Below are positions 12,811-24,821 of a stretch of DNA of 64,000 bases, piece by piece (the stretch's first letter is position 1; each line of letters begins with the position of its first letter). Below the pieces are notes generated by a model. That model did no database searches. It saw nothing but the letters and a program-made list of their open reading frames with translations, and was not told where the DNA came from. A program made the translations under genes and the position numbers. The DNA comes from Sarea resinae (taxonomy: Eukaryota): assembly GCA_026026165.1 (NCBI GenBank), contig JAPEUD010000025.1, forward strand, positions 62,001 to 126,000, given 5' to 3'.

Positions 12811-13732
12811 CGCAAGACTCTCGGCAGCATCTCACCGCCTTCGCATGGAGCCTTATCTGAATGCTTCGACGGAGGTACCTCTACCTGCTAGAGTAGAGTA
12901 TGGTACCTCATCCGCGATGCTCGAATAGGTGTCTCTTGCGAACCGGCGGGTCCAGGCATACTCGCCGTACTCGTCAACGAGGGTAGAGTAAGTGACGGGA
13001 GTGATCTGTCCATCCATGCATGCATTTCGTCCATATATCTCGTGCACGAGCGGGGATCATCATGCTCGATCGACGCAAGCCCCGCAGTCAACCGCAGTCG
13101 ACCGGTCCCGATAGCAGTACTCGCACTCTCCTTCTGCTTTGACGGCAGACATCTGGCCTTCTCCCAAGGGCGGACAGCTGTCATATTGATCAGGTACGAG
13201 GTACCTTACTACCTTAGGCAGTAGGTGATGACGAATGGAATCGACATTTCCAGTTCTCGGGCTGTCTTGACGTCTTGACGACCAGCATGGAAGGCACCAA
13301 ATGCACCAAGTGCACCAAGTGCACCAGACCAAAGACCAAAGTACCTTAGGTAGCCCGTCCTGCTCAACGCTCGGTTCAAGTCTACGGAGTACTATGTACT
13401 GTGTACACAGCACCTAGCTGCAGACAGTGGACTCTTAGGCGGGCAGATCTCCTCACAGTACTCCGTACATTCCGAGTACTATCAATGTACAATGACAACC
13501 TACCAACCGCAACAGGGCCAACGCTTTGTGGGAAGTCGACCACATGTACCGAGTACGTAGTCTTCAGGGACCGGCCTGCCTAATCGCCGAATCTCCGAGC
13601 CGTTTCTGCATGAGAGATATCCATGCACTCGCCTTATCGTTCTGTCCGATTGAATAAATACCACGAGTGGCCTGAAGAATAAAAAAATCATGCTCTCTGA
13701 CCTTCGCCACCAGTCGTTGACATCCGACCAAG

Positions 13733-16700
13733 ATGTCTGAACCCGGGGCCGAGAAGGAGTATCGATCCAACGACCAGATCGGCGCAGCCAACAGCACGAA
13801 CCACGCCGAATCCGTCGCCACCGAACCATTGCAGTTCGTGAGCACCGCCAGCGAGCCGTCGACGGTGGATGAGGAGAAGAAGCATGTCCAGGAGTCGGGC
13901 AGAGTGAGGACTGGCAGCTCTTCGGAGTCGAGTGAAGATGGAGCGTACAAAAATCCGGGCCAGAGAGAGGCGAAGAGCAAGAAAAAATGGTACCGGAGAC
14001 TGAATCCGCTCAAGAGAAGCAAGAAACCTCCCGTTCCAGAGGTGAGAACGGTCTCGAGGGAATACGGAGCGTCTTTCTGGAGCCTCCTTACCTTCCAATG
14101 GATGGCCCCGTTGATGAGCGTAGGTGCCTCGTCTCGATATATTTCTGGAAATAATTGACTGAAACCGGATCGTATAGGTCGGCTACCAGAGACCCTTGGA
14201 ACTCAACGACATATGGCTTGTCAATCCCGATCGAAGCGCAGAGGTCATGTCGACCAAGTTGAAGGCTTCATTCTATGACCGAGTGGCTCGTGGAGACAAG
14301 CGTCCGCTGATCGGGGCCATGTACGACACGTACAAGGTGGAGTTCTGGATCGGAGGAATCTCACAGCTGCTATCAAATATCCTCCAGGTCATGTCTCCGT
14401 TCACTTTGAGGTACCTGATATCATTTGCGACCGAGGCCTACATCGCCCAGAAGGAGCACAGGCCAGCGCCAGGCATTGGAAGGGGATTAGGTCTGGTATT
14501 TGGCATTACTGCCATGCAGGTACTGCAGAGCTTAGGTACAAATCACTTCCTGTATCGGGGCATGATGGTTGGTGGCCAGTCCAGGGCTGCTCTGATCTCA
14601 GTCATTTTCGAAAAGGCGATGAAAATCTCCGGAAGAGCGAAAGCTGGTGGAAAGTCGTTAAATTCAGAAGAGCAGGAGAAAGAACAGCAAGGCCAGCACG
14701 ATCAGGCCATGCTACGCAAGCGTCGCTGGTACGAAAAGATGATGCGGAAAGGTCCCTCGAAAAATTCCAATATTCCGCCAATGCCTGCCAATGGCGTGTC
14801 CGGAGATGGTGTAGGCTGGGGCAATGGTCGGATCGTCAACCTGATGTCGACGGACACTTATCGTTTGGATCAAGCATCAGGAATGTTCCACATCATTTGG
14901 ACAGCCCCTGTTGCCATCATCATCACTCTGGTAGTGCTGTTGGTCAATTTGACCTACAGTGCTTTAGCCGGTTTCGGGGTGCTCGTGATCGGAGTGCCAA
15001 TCCTAGCCAAGGCCGTCAAGAGTCTCTTTGTGCGCCGAAGAGCCATCAATAAAATCACCGATCAGCGGGTCAACTTGACGCAGGAGATTCTGGGAGCCGT
15101 GAGGTTCGTCAAATACTTTGGTTGGGAGAGCAGCTTCCTGGCTCGAATCGGTCAAATCCGAAACAAGGAGATCAGGTCAATTCAGATACTGCTCGCTACC
15201 CGCAATGCCATCAATGCCGTTTCCATGGTAAAAGCTTCCTTCTTTATGCAAAGATCTTGCTGACGATTGTCCAGTCACTACCTATATTTGCGTCCATGTT
15301 GTCATTTATCACCTACTCGCTCACCAGCCACGATCTCAATCCTGCTCACATCTTCTCGTCTCTGGCACTATTCAATTCGTTGCGTATGCCGCTTAATCTT
15401 CTTCCACTTGTTCTCGGCCAAGTGATCGATGCCTGGGCCTCGATTGGACGTATTCAGGATTTCCTTTTGGCCGAAGAGGTGACGGATGATTTTGAATGGG
15501 ATTCTGAATGCGAAGACGCCATTGTCATGGAACACGCCGATTTCACCTGGGAGCGAACAGCGACGCAGAACCTTGACAATCCCGTGGGAGGCAAATCGGA
15601 ATCATCAAAAAGCACACCCAGGGTAGTTAAAGGCACCGCTAAAGCTAGCTCTGATAAGGAGAAAGAACCTACCAGCCATGCAACTTCTGGCGAGTCAAGT
15701 GATAGCGAGAGTTCGGCTGCGGTAGCAAAGCCATTCCAACTTCATGGAATTGATCTCACCGTCGGTCGCAACGAGCTAGTTGCCGTCATTGGCAGTGTGG
15801 GCAGTGGTAAGAGCTCTTTGCTTGCAGCACTCGCGGGGGACATGCGAAGAACAGCTGGATCTGTGACCATGGGTGCCTCTCGCGCCTTTTGCCCGCAGTA
15901 TGCGTGGATCCAAAATGCGACCGTCAAGCATAACGTATTATTTGGCAAGGAATATGATCCTGAATGGTATGCCAAGGTCATCGAAGCCTGTGCTTTACAG
16001 CCCGACCTCGACATGCTGCCGAACGGAGACCAAACCGAAATAGGCGAACGAGGAATCACTGTCTCGGGAGGACAGAAGCAACGGTTGAACATTGCCAGGG
16101 CGATTTACTTTGATGCTGATATAATACTCATGGACGATCCTTTGAGCGCCGTAGATGCTCACGTTGGTCGGCATATCTTCGATAACGCAATATCTGGGCT
16201 TTTGAAGGGCAAATGTCGGGTATTGGCAACGCATCAATTGCATGTCCTCCACAGGTGCGATAGAATCATATGGTTGGAGGATGGCGCTATCAAAACAATT
16301 GATACGTTTGACAATCTCATGGCGACCGATCCCTCGTTTGTCGATCTAATGGCAACCACCAGCGTCGAGGAGAAGGTTGAGGAAGAGGACCACGTCAACG
16401 ACGATGAGGTAGAGGAGGAGAAGAAAGACACTACCAAAGTTACAGGCAGCCGTGGTGGAGCTCTCATGCAAGCCGAGGAACGAGCTGTGAAGAGTGTGTC
16501 ATGGACCATCTACAAAGCGTACATTCACGCTTCCGGGTCATTGTTCAACGGACCTCTCGTCCTTCTTTTGCTTATCCTGTCACAAGGTGCCAATATTTCC
16601 ACGAGCTTGTGGCTGTCTTGGTGGACATCGAACAAATGGGGATACTCAACGGGTGCATATATTGGCGTCTACGCAGCTTTAGGTGTTGTTCAGGCGTTGA

Positions 16701-18356
16701 TGATGTTTTTCTTTTCCTTCAGTCTCTCGGTCCTGGGCACTACAGCCAGTAAGGTTATGCTCAATCGCGCCATCACTCGGGTCCTTCGAGCTCCAATGTC
16801 TTTCTTCGATACTACACCACTAGGCCGTATCACGAACCGCTTTGCAAAGGACGTCGACACAATGGACAACAATTTGACGGATGCCATGAGGATGTTCTTC
16901 TTGACTGTCGGAAGTGAGTTCCCCCCTGAATTTCGAACCAGGTGGTCAGTCAAGGTGCTAAACTTCTTGAAGTGGTCACATCGGTCTTTGCCCTTATCAT
17001 TGCCTACTTCTACTATGTGAGTTCTTTGTCTTATCCAGGAGTGGCTACTCTAGCTGACCCAAGTAGTTCGCAATTGCTCTCGGGCCACTGTTGGTAGTGT
17101 TCGTCTTCGCTTCCAGCTATTTCCGTGCCTCTGCAAGAGAAGTGAAACGGCACGAAGCGGTTTTGCGATCATCGGTCTTTGCGCGTTTCTCCGAAGCCTT
17201 GTCAGGGACGCCATGCATCAGAGCCTATGGCCTCCAGGATGACTTTGTTCTGTCAGTCCGCGAAGCAATCGACAACATGAATAGCGCCTACTTTCTGACC
17301 TTTTCAAATCAACGCTGGCTGAGCCTGCGTTTGGACGTTATTGGGAACGCGCTCGTGTTTACTACTGGAATCCTTGTGGTCACTTCCCGCTTCAACGTTT
17401 CGCCTAGTATTTCCGGGCTCGTTTTATCTTATATCCTTTCCATCGTACAGATGTTGCAGTGGTCCGTGCGACAGCTGGCTGAGGTCGAAAACTCGATGAA
17501 TGCGACTGAGCGGATTCACTATTATGGATCGTCCCTGGAAGAGGAGCCACCACTCCACTTGGGCCAAGTCCCCGAATCTTGGCCGGAAAAGGGAGAGATC
17601 ATCTTTGACGATGTGAAGATGCGATACAGAGAGAATCTGCCGCTAGTGCTGAAAGGCTTATCTATGCATGTTCAAGGCGGAGAGCGAATTGGAATCGTCG
17701 GCCGAACGGGAGCTGGGAAGTCATCTATCATGTCAACGCTCTTCCGCCTCGTGGAAATCTCTGGCGGCTCAATTACGATTGATGGCGTCGACATCAGCAA
17801 GATTGGTCTGCACGACCTTCGCTCCCGACTTTCGATTATCCCTCAGGATCCTACTCTTTTCCGGGGGACCGTTCGCTCGAATCTCGATCCGTTCAATGAG
17901 CATAGTGACCTCGAACTGTGGTCGGCCCTTCGCCAGTCCGACTTGGTGACCGATGATTCAGCCCCGGACGATAAATCAAAGGGTCGCGTCCATCTTGATG
18001 GCATCGTCGAAGACGAGGGTCTCAATTTCTCTCTAGGACAACGACAACTCATGGCACTCGCTCGCGCGTTGGTACGCGGCTCGCAGATTATCGTATGCGA
18101 CGAAGCAACCAGCAGCGTCGACATGGAGACGGATCAGAAGATCCAGCACACAATCGCCACGGGTTTCCGGGGCAAAACGTTGCTGTGCATCGCTCACCGT
18201 TTGAAGACGATCATCAACTATGATAGGATATGTGTCATGGATCAGGGTCGCATCGCCGAGTTGGATACGCCGCTGGCGCTTTACGGCAGAGAAGATGGGA
18301 TTTTCCGAGGCATGTGCGACCGAAGTGGTATCAGAAGGGAGGATTTCACCGATTAA
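13733..18356 (+). CDS. YOR1: ABCC/MRP-family full-size ABC transporter (TMD-NBD)2, YOR1-like, 5 exons
   Basis: Exons 13733-14119, 14178-15227, 15275-16913, 16973-17016 and 17067-18356. NBD1 has GSVGSGKS, VSGGQKQR and LMDDPLSAVD; NBD2 has GRTGAGKS, FSLGQRQ and CDEATSSVD. The MRP motif FFDTTPLGRI is present and there is no TMD0. The gene symbol is by resemblance only. Confidence 0.93.
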
Positions 18357-19160
18357 TGACTTGAACGTGGCAAGTATCATCTTTATGGCATGAGACCGCG
18401 TTGAAAAGGAGGAAAGCATATATTTGGGGGGTCACTTTGTGCATACGAACAGATATCGGACGTTGTACTCGACGTCGTACATATGATATGACAGGCACGA
18501 CCCACGAGCAAGCGTATATATAATCATAGTCTATCCAGTTGCGGCACCTTGTCAGGGTTATCTGTATGTATCGAGATGCTCAATCCAGGTCGTGAGCCGT
18601 AATTGCGTTGCAAGCGAGCTCCATGGATTCATCATGCACGTTGCAGGAAGTACGAATGGCCTTACCATAGTAGATGTGGACTGAGAGAAAAGCCATGGGG
18701 CTTTATGCAATATCAGGTTATCTATGTGATCTATTCTGAGTGATCTGCACAGGACGAAAAGCGAATCCTTGCGGTCGCATGAATCGTCAACTTTCAAGAC
18801 ATTGTTGTCGTCGAGGGCTGAGAAAGATGTGGACGCGTCGAGGGGTGCCAGGCGAGGGTGCACATCATGCAGTGACAGCTGCGACGGGCCCTGAAGATCA
18901 TTTTAGTGGTTCATCCTTCCGCTCAGTCGTGTACCGTGGACCGGCCGGGACACATTACTTGGGCCGGGAGCACGGGTAGAGGAACAACGAACGATGGATC
19001 AATTGACATCCACGGATGACAGTGTCCCCATAGATGATTTGATTTGGCGGTCCCTTGCATCCATGGATTGGATACTTTCCCTTGGGCGCCATGGACGCCA
19101 CACACTTGGTAGAGGCTCCCTTGCGGTACACACGCGGTATTAATAGAGAAGAGAGTGAGC

Positions 19161-19196
19161 AATGAATGAATGAATGAATGAATGAATGAATGAATG
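19161..19196. repeat. (AATG)9 microsatellite (left arm of an inverted pair)
   Basis: Nine perfect AATG units. Confidence 0.95.
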
Positions 19197-19321
19197 ATAT
19201 TGGACGAGATTCGTCGATTCCGTTGAATGTGCCACCCTCCTTCCTTCCTTCTTCCTTCCTGCCGTTCTGCTGGCTCGTATCTTGGTCGACGTAGGCAAAC
19301 ATACTTACCTACCATCAATCC

Positions 19322-19357
19322 CGTTCATTCGTTCATTCATTCATTCATTCATTCATT
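19322..19357. repeat. (CRTT)9 microsatellite (right arm of an inverted pair)
   Basis: Seven CATT and two CGTT units; reverse complement of the (AATG)9 tract. Confidence 0.95.
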
Positions 19358-19460
19358 GAGCTTCTGCATCATTGTGGCTTGGCTTCTGGATTGTGAACTC
19401 TCTCCTTCATTGACCATCGAGCATTGAATTCTCCCTCTCCCAAAGAAGCCGAAATCAAAC

Positions 19461-20018
19461 ATGACTTTCACGCATGACAAGCACATCACCGGCCTCACCG
19501 AAATCCCACCATCATCCAAAGTCAGATCTGCTGGCCCTCGAGCACCGAAGACCTCTCACGGCTACTCACAGAGTGCGGCGATGGCGACGCACCACGATGG
19601 ACCCTCTACAACGACTCTCGTCGAACCCCCCGCTCGGAGCATCGCTGCCTCGGACGAGTACGATCCCAAGAGCGCCTTCTACTGCCATCCCACCACTCGA
19701 TACTCTTTTGAGCAGCAGAAGAGCGAGAGCAAGACGACGCTGGCCATGTACAACGAAGACCTGGAACGGGGCCCGTCGGCTTTTCGATCGACGGACAGAC
19801 TGGCAGAGCATAGCGTCTGGCCGACCATGCACGCGCTGAAGAGCAAGGCATCGCTTGAGAAGAAGAAGAGGGGGTGCGCGCCGTTGAGGAGGTTGGATTT
19901 CAAGCAGAAACTGGCCGTGAAGATCTTGATCGCCTTGGTCATAGTCGGGGGCGCGGTCGCCATTGGATTTGGTGTTTCGAAGGCCGTTGGGAACGGCAAC
20001 ATAAAAGGGGAGCAATGA
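19461..20018 (+). CDS. Hypothetical protein (185 aa) with a single C-terminal transmembrane helix
   Basis: Intronless ATG ORF in a good context (aaacATG). A hydrophobic segment ILIALVIVGGAVAIGFGV follows a basic patch near the C-terminus. Confidence 0.8.
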   Translation: MTFTHDKHITGLTEIPPSSKVRSAGPRAPKTSHGYSQSAAMATHHDGPSTTTLVEPPARSIAASDEYDPKSAFYCHPTTRYSFEQQKSESKTTLAMYNEDLERGPSAFRSTDRLAEHSVWPTMHALKSKASLEKKKRGCAPLRRLDFKQKLAVKILIALVIVGGAVAIGFGVSKAVGNGNIKGEQ

Positions 20019-20752
20019 CTCAGGTCGGAGAGGCAGTCTCTTTACATCGGTCCGTCTGAACCCATTGTTGCTGGCCCGATCTCATCTGACGAGGGGAGTG
20101 ATTTAGTAGGGATGCACTCAAGCGGACGCGTCTCCTTGAACAGGCCAACCTGCATCAGACCCCTTTCATCAATATCTGCATCCACCTGGCTTTCTGGCGA
20201 CTCAGCTCCACAACAGATGGAGCTGTCTTAGGAGAAACCTTGACTGCTAGACTTGCATCGCTCGAGTCGCGCTCCGGTCTGTAACAAGCCAGACCCGTTC
20301 ATCCAGCGTGATCTTCTGAGCGAGCTTTTCATGGCGTTTTGGAGCGATTGCTTGCGATGTCTGTCTGTCGACGATAGAGCAGACTATTGCTCACTTGTGG
20401 TCCCTTTATATTCTATCTCTTTACGGGCGAGCTGGAACGTAGGGTAGCTTTGCTTAGCTTTGTGCGCTGGTGGACGTTCATTTGGATCGCCTAGGGTTGT
20501 CATCTTATGGGACTGTCAGTAATGATAATGATAATAATTGTTCGAGCCTCTGAGGAGGTGGAAGTTGACACCTGAATGGATGGTGGACTCTAAATGCTCT
20601 ACTCGAGCCTAGTCTGTTCGCGCAGACTAGCCTCGAGTGTCTCTAGTATCGCTACTCTATTCAAGCTGGCCCAGAGCTACAGAAAGCGATGCGCCAAGCG
20701 CAGTCCCCCCCGTATCGCCCTTCAAAGTAAACAATGCTCTGCGCACCCAGCC

Positions 20753-23305
20753 ATGTCGCCATCGCCATCGAAGGGATTGCGAGGTGAAAGTGGAAGTCAC
20801 AGGGGCGAAGTTGGGAGTTCTCGACGAGAAAAGTCTCGCAATGCCGCAGCTGGTTCTGCCAAATCTTCCAATATCCTGCTGTTCCTGATCGCCTTTCGAG
20901 TGCTCAACGCCCTCACCATCCGCACCTTCTTCCAGCCCGACGAGTATTTCCAGTCGCTCGAGCCGGCATGGCAGATGGTGTTCGGTGCAGACAGCGGCGC
21001 ATGGATTACTTGGGTAACCGAAACCACTTTCTGAGCGCATCGACGATACTGATCTTTGCTAACGTGGGTTTTTGCGTCGTATCAGGAATGGCGAGAGCGG
21101 CTCCGCTCCTCGATCCACCCCGCCATCTTCGCCGCCGTCTATTACGCTTCATCTAGACTTGCCACTTCCTTGAGCCTCGCCCCGTCCGTTCGGGCTGAAC
21201 TACTTGTCGCGGCGCCGAAACTCACGCAGGCCGTGTTTGCCGCATTGGGCGATTACTATACCTGGAAGCTTGCGGAGAGGGTGTATGGGACGGGAAGTCG
21301 ACGGGCTTGGACAGCTGTATGTAGCTCTATGATAGCAAATATGCATACATCAAATCTGCAAGCAGGCCTTGATAATGGAAGGCTGACTTTGAGTGCTTGT
21401 CTGGCAGCTCCTTTTGACGGTCTGCAGTCCCTGGCAATGGTTTTGCTCGACCCGCACGCTGTCGAACTGTCTGGAGACGACATTGACGGTTACGGCGCTG
21501 GCTTTGTGGCCGTGGGGCTGGTCTGCCGGCGTTATCAGGCAGAAAGCGCAGTCCCCGAGACCAGAATCACGTCTGAGAGGTCCATCTTTGGAACAGCTAC
21601 GGCCGAGCAGCGATGACGATGAGGGAGCGAAGAGAGATCTTGGTGACCTTCGTAAAGCTCTTCTACTAGCAGCTCTAGCCTGCGTACTCCGGCCCACCAA
21701 TCTCCTGATCTGGCTTTGTGTTTCTTCGTTTGTCTTTTTCGGTCCTGGTTGGCGGATGAAGCTAATATCTCTACGGCCGCGGGCTCTCGTGAAATGGATA
21801 TCTACTTTGTCGACGAATCTCGTGCGGCAAGGAGAGTATCAATTCGTTCTTATACGAGAGGGTCTTCTCTGCGGGTACGTTGCGTTGCCCAAGACGTCTC
21901 CATTCCATCCTCTTTGCTTCCTCGCCGCCCTAAGAGAAGACGGATGAACATGAAGATCAACTAATTCTCCTTACGTACATATAGGACCCTCGTCCTTTTG
22001 CTCTCGGCCCTGACAGACAGATGGTACTACCAAACCTGGACTTTCCCGCCCCTGCGATTCCTCTACTTCAACCTCGCGCAATCCCTCGCCGTCTTCTACG
22101 GGCGCAACGTCTGGCATTATTATCTGACGCAGGGTCTACCGCTGCTCCTGACTACGGCGCTGCCGTTTGCGATCGTGGCGTTATGGGGTGCTTTAGCTCT
22201 TCGATGGCGAAAGAGTGCCAGTAATCGGGGCGGGCTTGGCGAAAGTGTGAGATTTCAGTTGAGTGTCACGGTGGTGGTGGTCACGGTGGCATTGTCGTTG
22301 ATCGCGCATAAGGAGGTGCGGTTTATCTATCCGCTTCTGCCGATGTTGCATGTGGTGTCCAGTGGGCCACTTGAGGAGTTTTTCTCGTCTTCGTCTTCGT
22401 CTTTGTCTCCATCTTCACCATCAGTCACCACCTCCTTCGCCGTCACCAGCACCACCAGCACCGAAAACAGTCCTAGCAGCAGCGTTACCTCCTCACGAAA
22501 CTCCGAATCTAGAATCAAGCCTAAACGCTTCCCCATCCTCGTGATTCTCCTCCTCATGAACACTCTCCTAAGCACCTATATCACACAAACGCACCAATCG
22601 GGCCCAATAACACTCATCAACTACCTACGCGCCCTACCCTTCGAACCAGCGTCCTCAACCTCCCCATGTTCTCGCTCGTCACCTTCCCCGTACCCTCCTC
22701 CACCGAACACCAACACCAACACCAACCCCGCGACGCCAGAAACCCTTCTCCGCCCGATCACAATCACACTGCTGATGCCATGCCACTCGACGCCGTGGCT
22801 CTCGCACCTCACGCACCCGCCCTCGGTCCTCGACATGCACGCCCTGGGCTGTGAACCACCCCTGCACACGCGGCCGCACTCGGCCGAGCGCGCGGCGTAC
22901 CGAGACGAAGCCGACCGTTTCTACGACGACATGGCGGGGTTTCTGAGACAGACGTACGTGCCCGTTGACGCCAATGGCCGGGATACATCAGGAGAAGTCC
23001 CCGAAACGAGCGAGGCGGTTGAGACCGAGAAGAAGGACTGGCCCGACTATCTCGTCTTCTTCGGCCAGGCGGAGCCGGCACTGACGGCCTTTTTGAACCC
23101 GTCGTTCGAGCCCAAGTCCAAGTCCACGGAAGACGAGGGAGAACAAGCGGAGAAGGAGGCGGAAAAGAAGAAGCGGACAGTCCAATACGAAGAACGGGCG
23201 CGGTTCAGCAACGGCCATTTCCACGACGATTGGCGCCGTCGCGGCGGCATCGTCGTCTGGCGCCGGCGGGATCCGTATTGCCGGGCTGGCGAGGCTGGAG
23301 ATTAG
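20753..23305 (+). CDS. GPI10: GPI mannosyltransferase 3 (PIG-B/Gpi10, Alg9-like GT22), 4 exons
   Basis: Exons 20753-21013, 21086-21316, 21408-21874 and 21985-23305. Motifs [20 protein letters not shown]...[41 protein letters not shown] and HDDWRRRG. Confidence 0.95.
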
Positions 23306-24362
23306 TTGGCTCATCTGGAACGATGACGGGACGGAGACGGGGGTGGGAGGGGGAGTTGTGGGCGTGGGGTTTGGGAGTGGGAGTGAGGATAGATGTTTAC
23401 GGCGATGGATGGGTCTGTCGGTGTTTGAAGCGGTGGATGGGATGGGATGATGCATGGGCCAATAAGATAGGCCAATAAGTTTGGCAAATGAGATGAGATG
23501 GGATGATACAGCAGGGGATACTAAAGGCCGGAACCCCGTACATCTGAGGTATAGCAAATACCATCCCAAACTCTTGAACTTTGTTCTCTGATTATCTATT
23601 CTCCGAGTACAGGGAGAGGGTGGGGGGGCCGGGGGCTGAATACTGGTCAAAGAGGGGACGGGATCTCTAGTCAGAATAGAGGGGTTAGTAGTACAACACC
23701 ACACAGGCGAGACACCCAAAAGTAATACCAAGCAAGTAAACTACTCATCTATCAAACCGACCCATGCATTTCATTCCAATTCCATTTCGTTCCGTGACAC
23801 TGATATGACGAGAAGAAGAAGAAGACGAAGAAGAAGAGAGCAAAAGAACAAGAAAGAAACACACATGAAAAGATAAGATGCGTCTAAATCGGAAACCCGC
23901 CCCAATGCCCCCCTGGCCCAGAGGACTACACCAGGCCCCCTAGAACCGGACTTTGATCTGCCTTACTGAATGTTCCCGGCCCGGTCCCGCTGGAGAGCGG
24001 TATGTCATAATATCCGTCGCCTTGCCCGATATCTGGTCTATGCTATCCAATAGAAAGGACTCAAGCACACACAGAGAGAGAGGAAGAGTGGGAGAGTAGA
24101 GGAGAGGAGAGGAGAAAAACATAAGTACTCATGCCAGACATATACCGTACCATCCCATCCCAGGCTTCCTCACACCTGCTAACTCCCTTTCTCTTCACTC
24201 GCTCACGTATGTTCCTCGGTAAAAATAACCAGATGCGATACCGTGCAACTCATCTGAAGCGTGCCCAGCCACCTCCCTCACTCTTTCACAGAGTAGACAC
24301 GCATATATCTACGTACAAGACCAGAGATGCATATTTTAAGATCATGATACGATTCCGCCTCA

Positions 24363-24787
24363 TCATCGCACATACCTCGCACTGAGACTTGCAAAGGCAT
24401 CAGGGGAATGGCGGCCAGCCATCTGTTGGCCCTGCGTGGACATCTGGTTGGCAAAGTCGACACTCTCCTGGCTGGCGTGTCGTTGACCCCCCTGCGGGAT
24501 CTGGCCCATTTGCTGGCCTTGCGAAGGCGCTTGACCAAAAGGGTTCCTACTCCCAGCCGCGGATTGTTGCTGAACACCGGGGTTGGAGGCGGACGTCACG
24601 GGCGTGGGACTCGAGACGCTGCGCTGGTATTGCTGTTGCTGTTGCTGCTGCTGCTGCTGCTGCTGTGGTTGTTGTTGCAGCTGCGTATGGTCTGGCGGCG
24701 CAGCAGGGGCGAGTTGAGGGTAGTTGTAGAGTGCTAGGATGGTGGATTTGTCGGCGCGGCCGGTGGCTTGAGGGAGAAGGGGTTGTG

Positions 24788-24821
<34 letters not shown>

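Noticed and set aside
13372..13384. GGTTCAAGTC, B-box/T-loop-like sequence suggesting a tRNA
   Set aside because: No cloverleaf, acceptor stem or A-box could be built around it.
19301..19310. ATACTTACCT, identical to the U1 snRNA 5' end (similar at 41481)
   Set aside because: Not followed by U1 stem-loops or an Sm site. It is simply a donor-like sequence on the minus strand.
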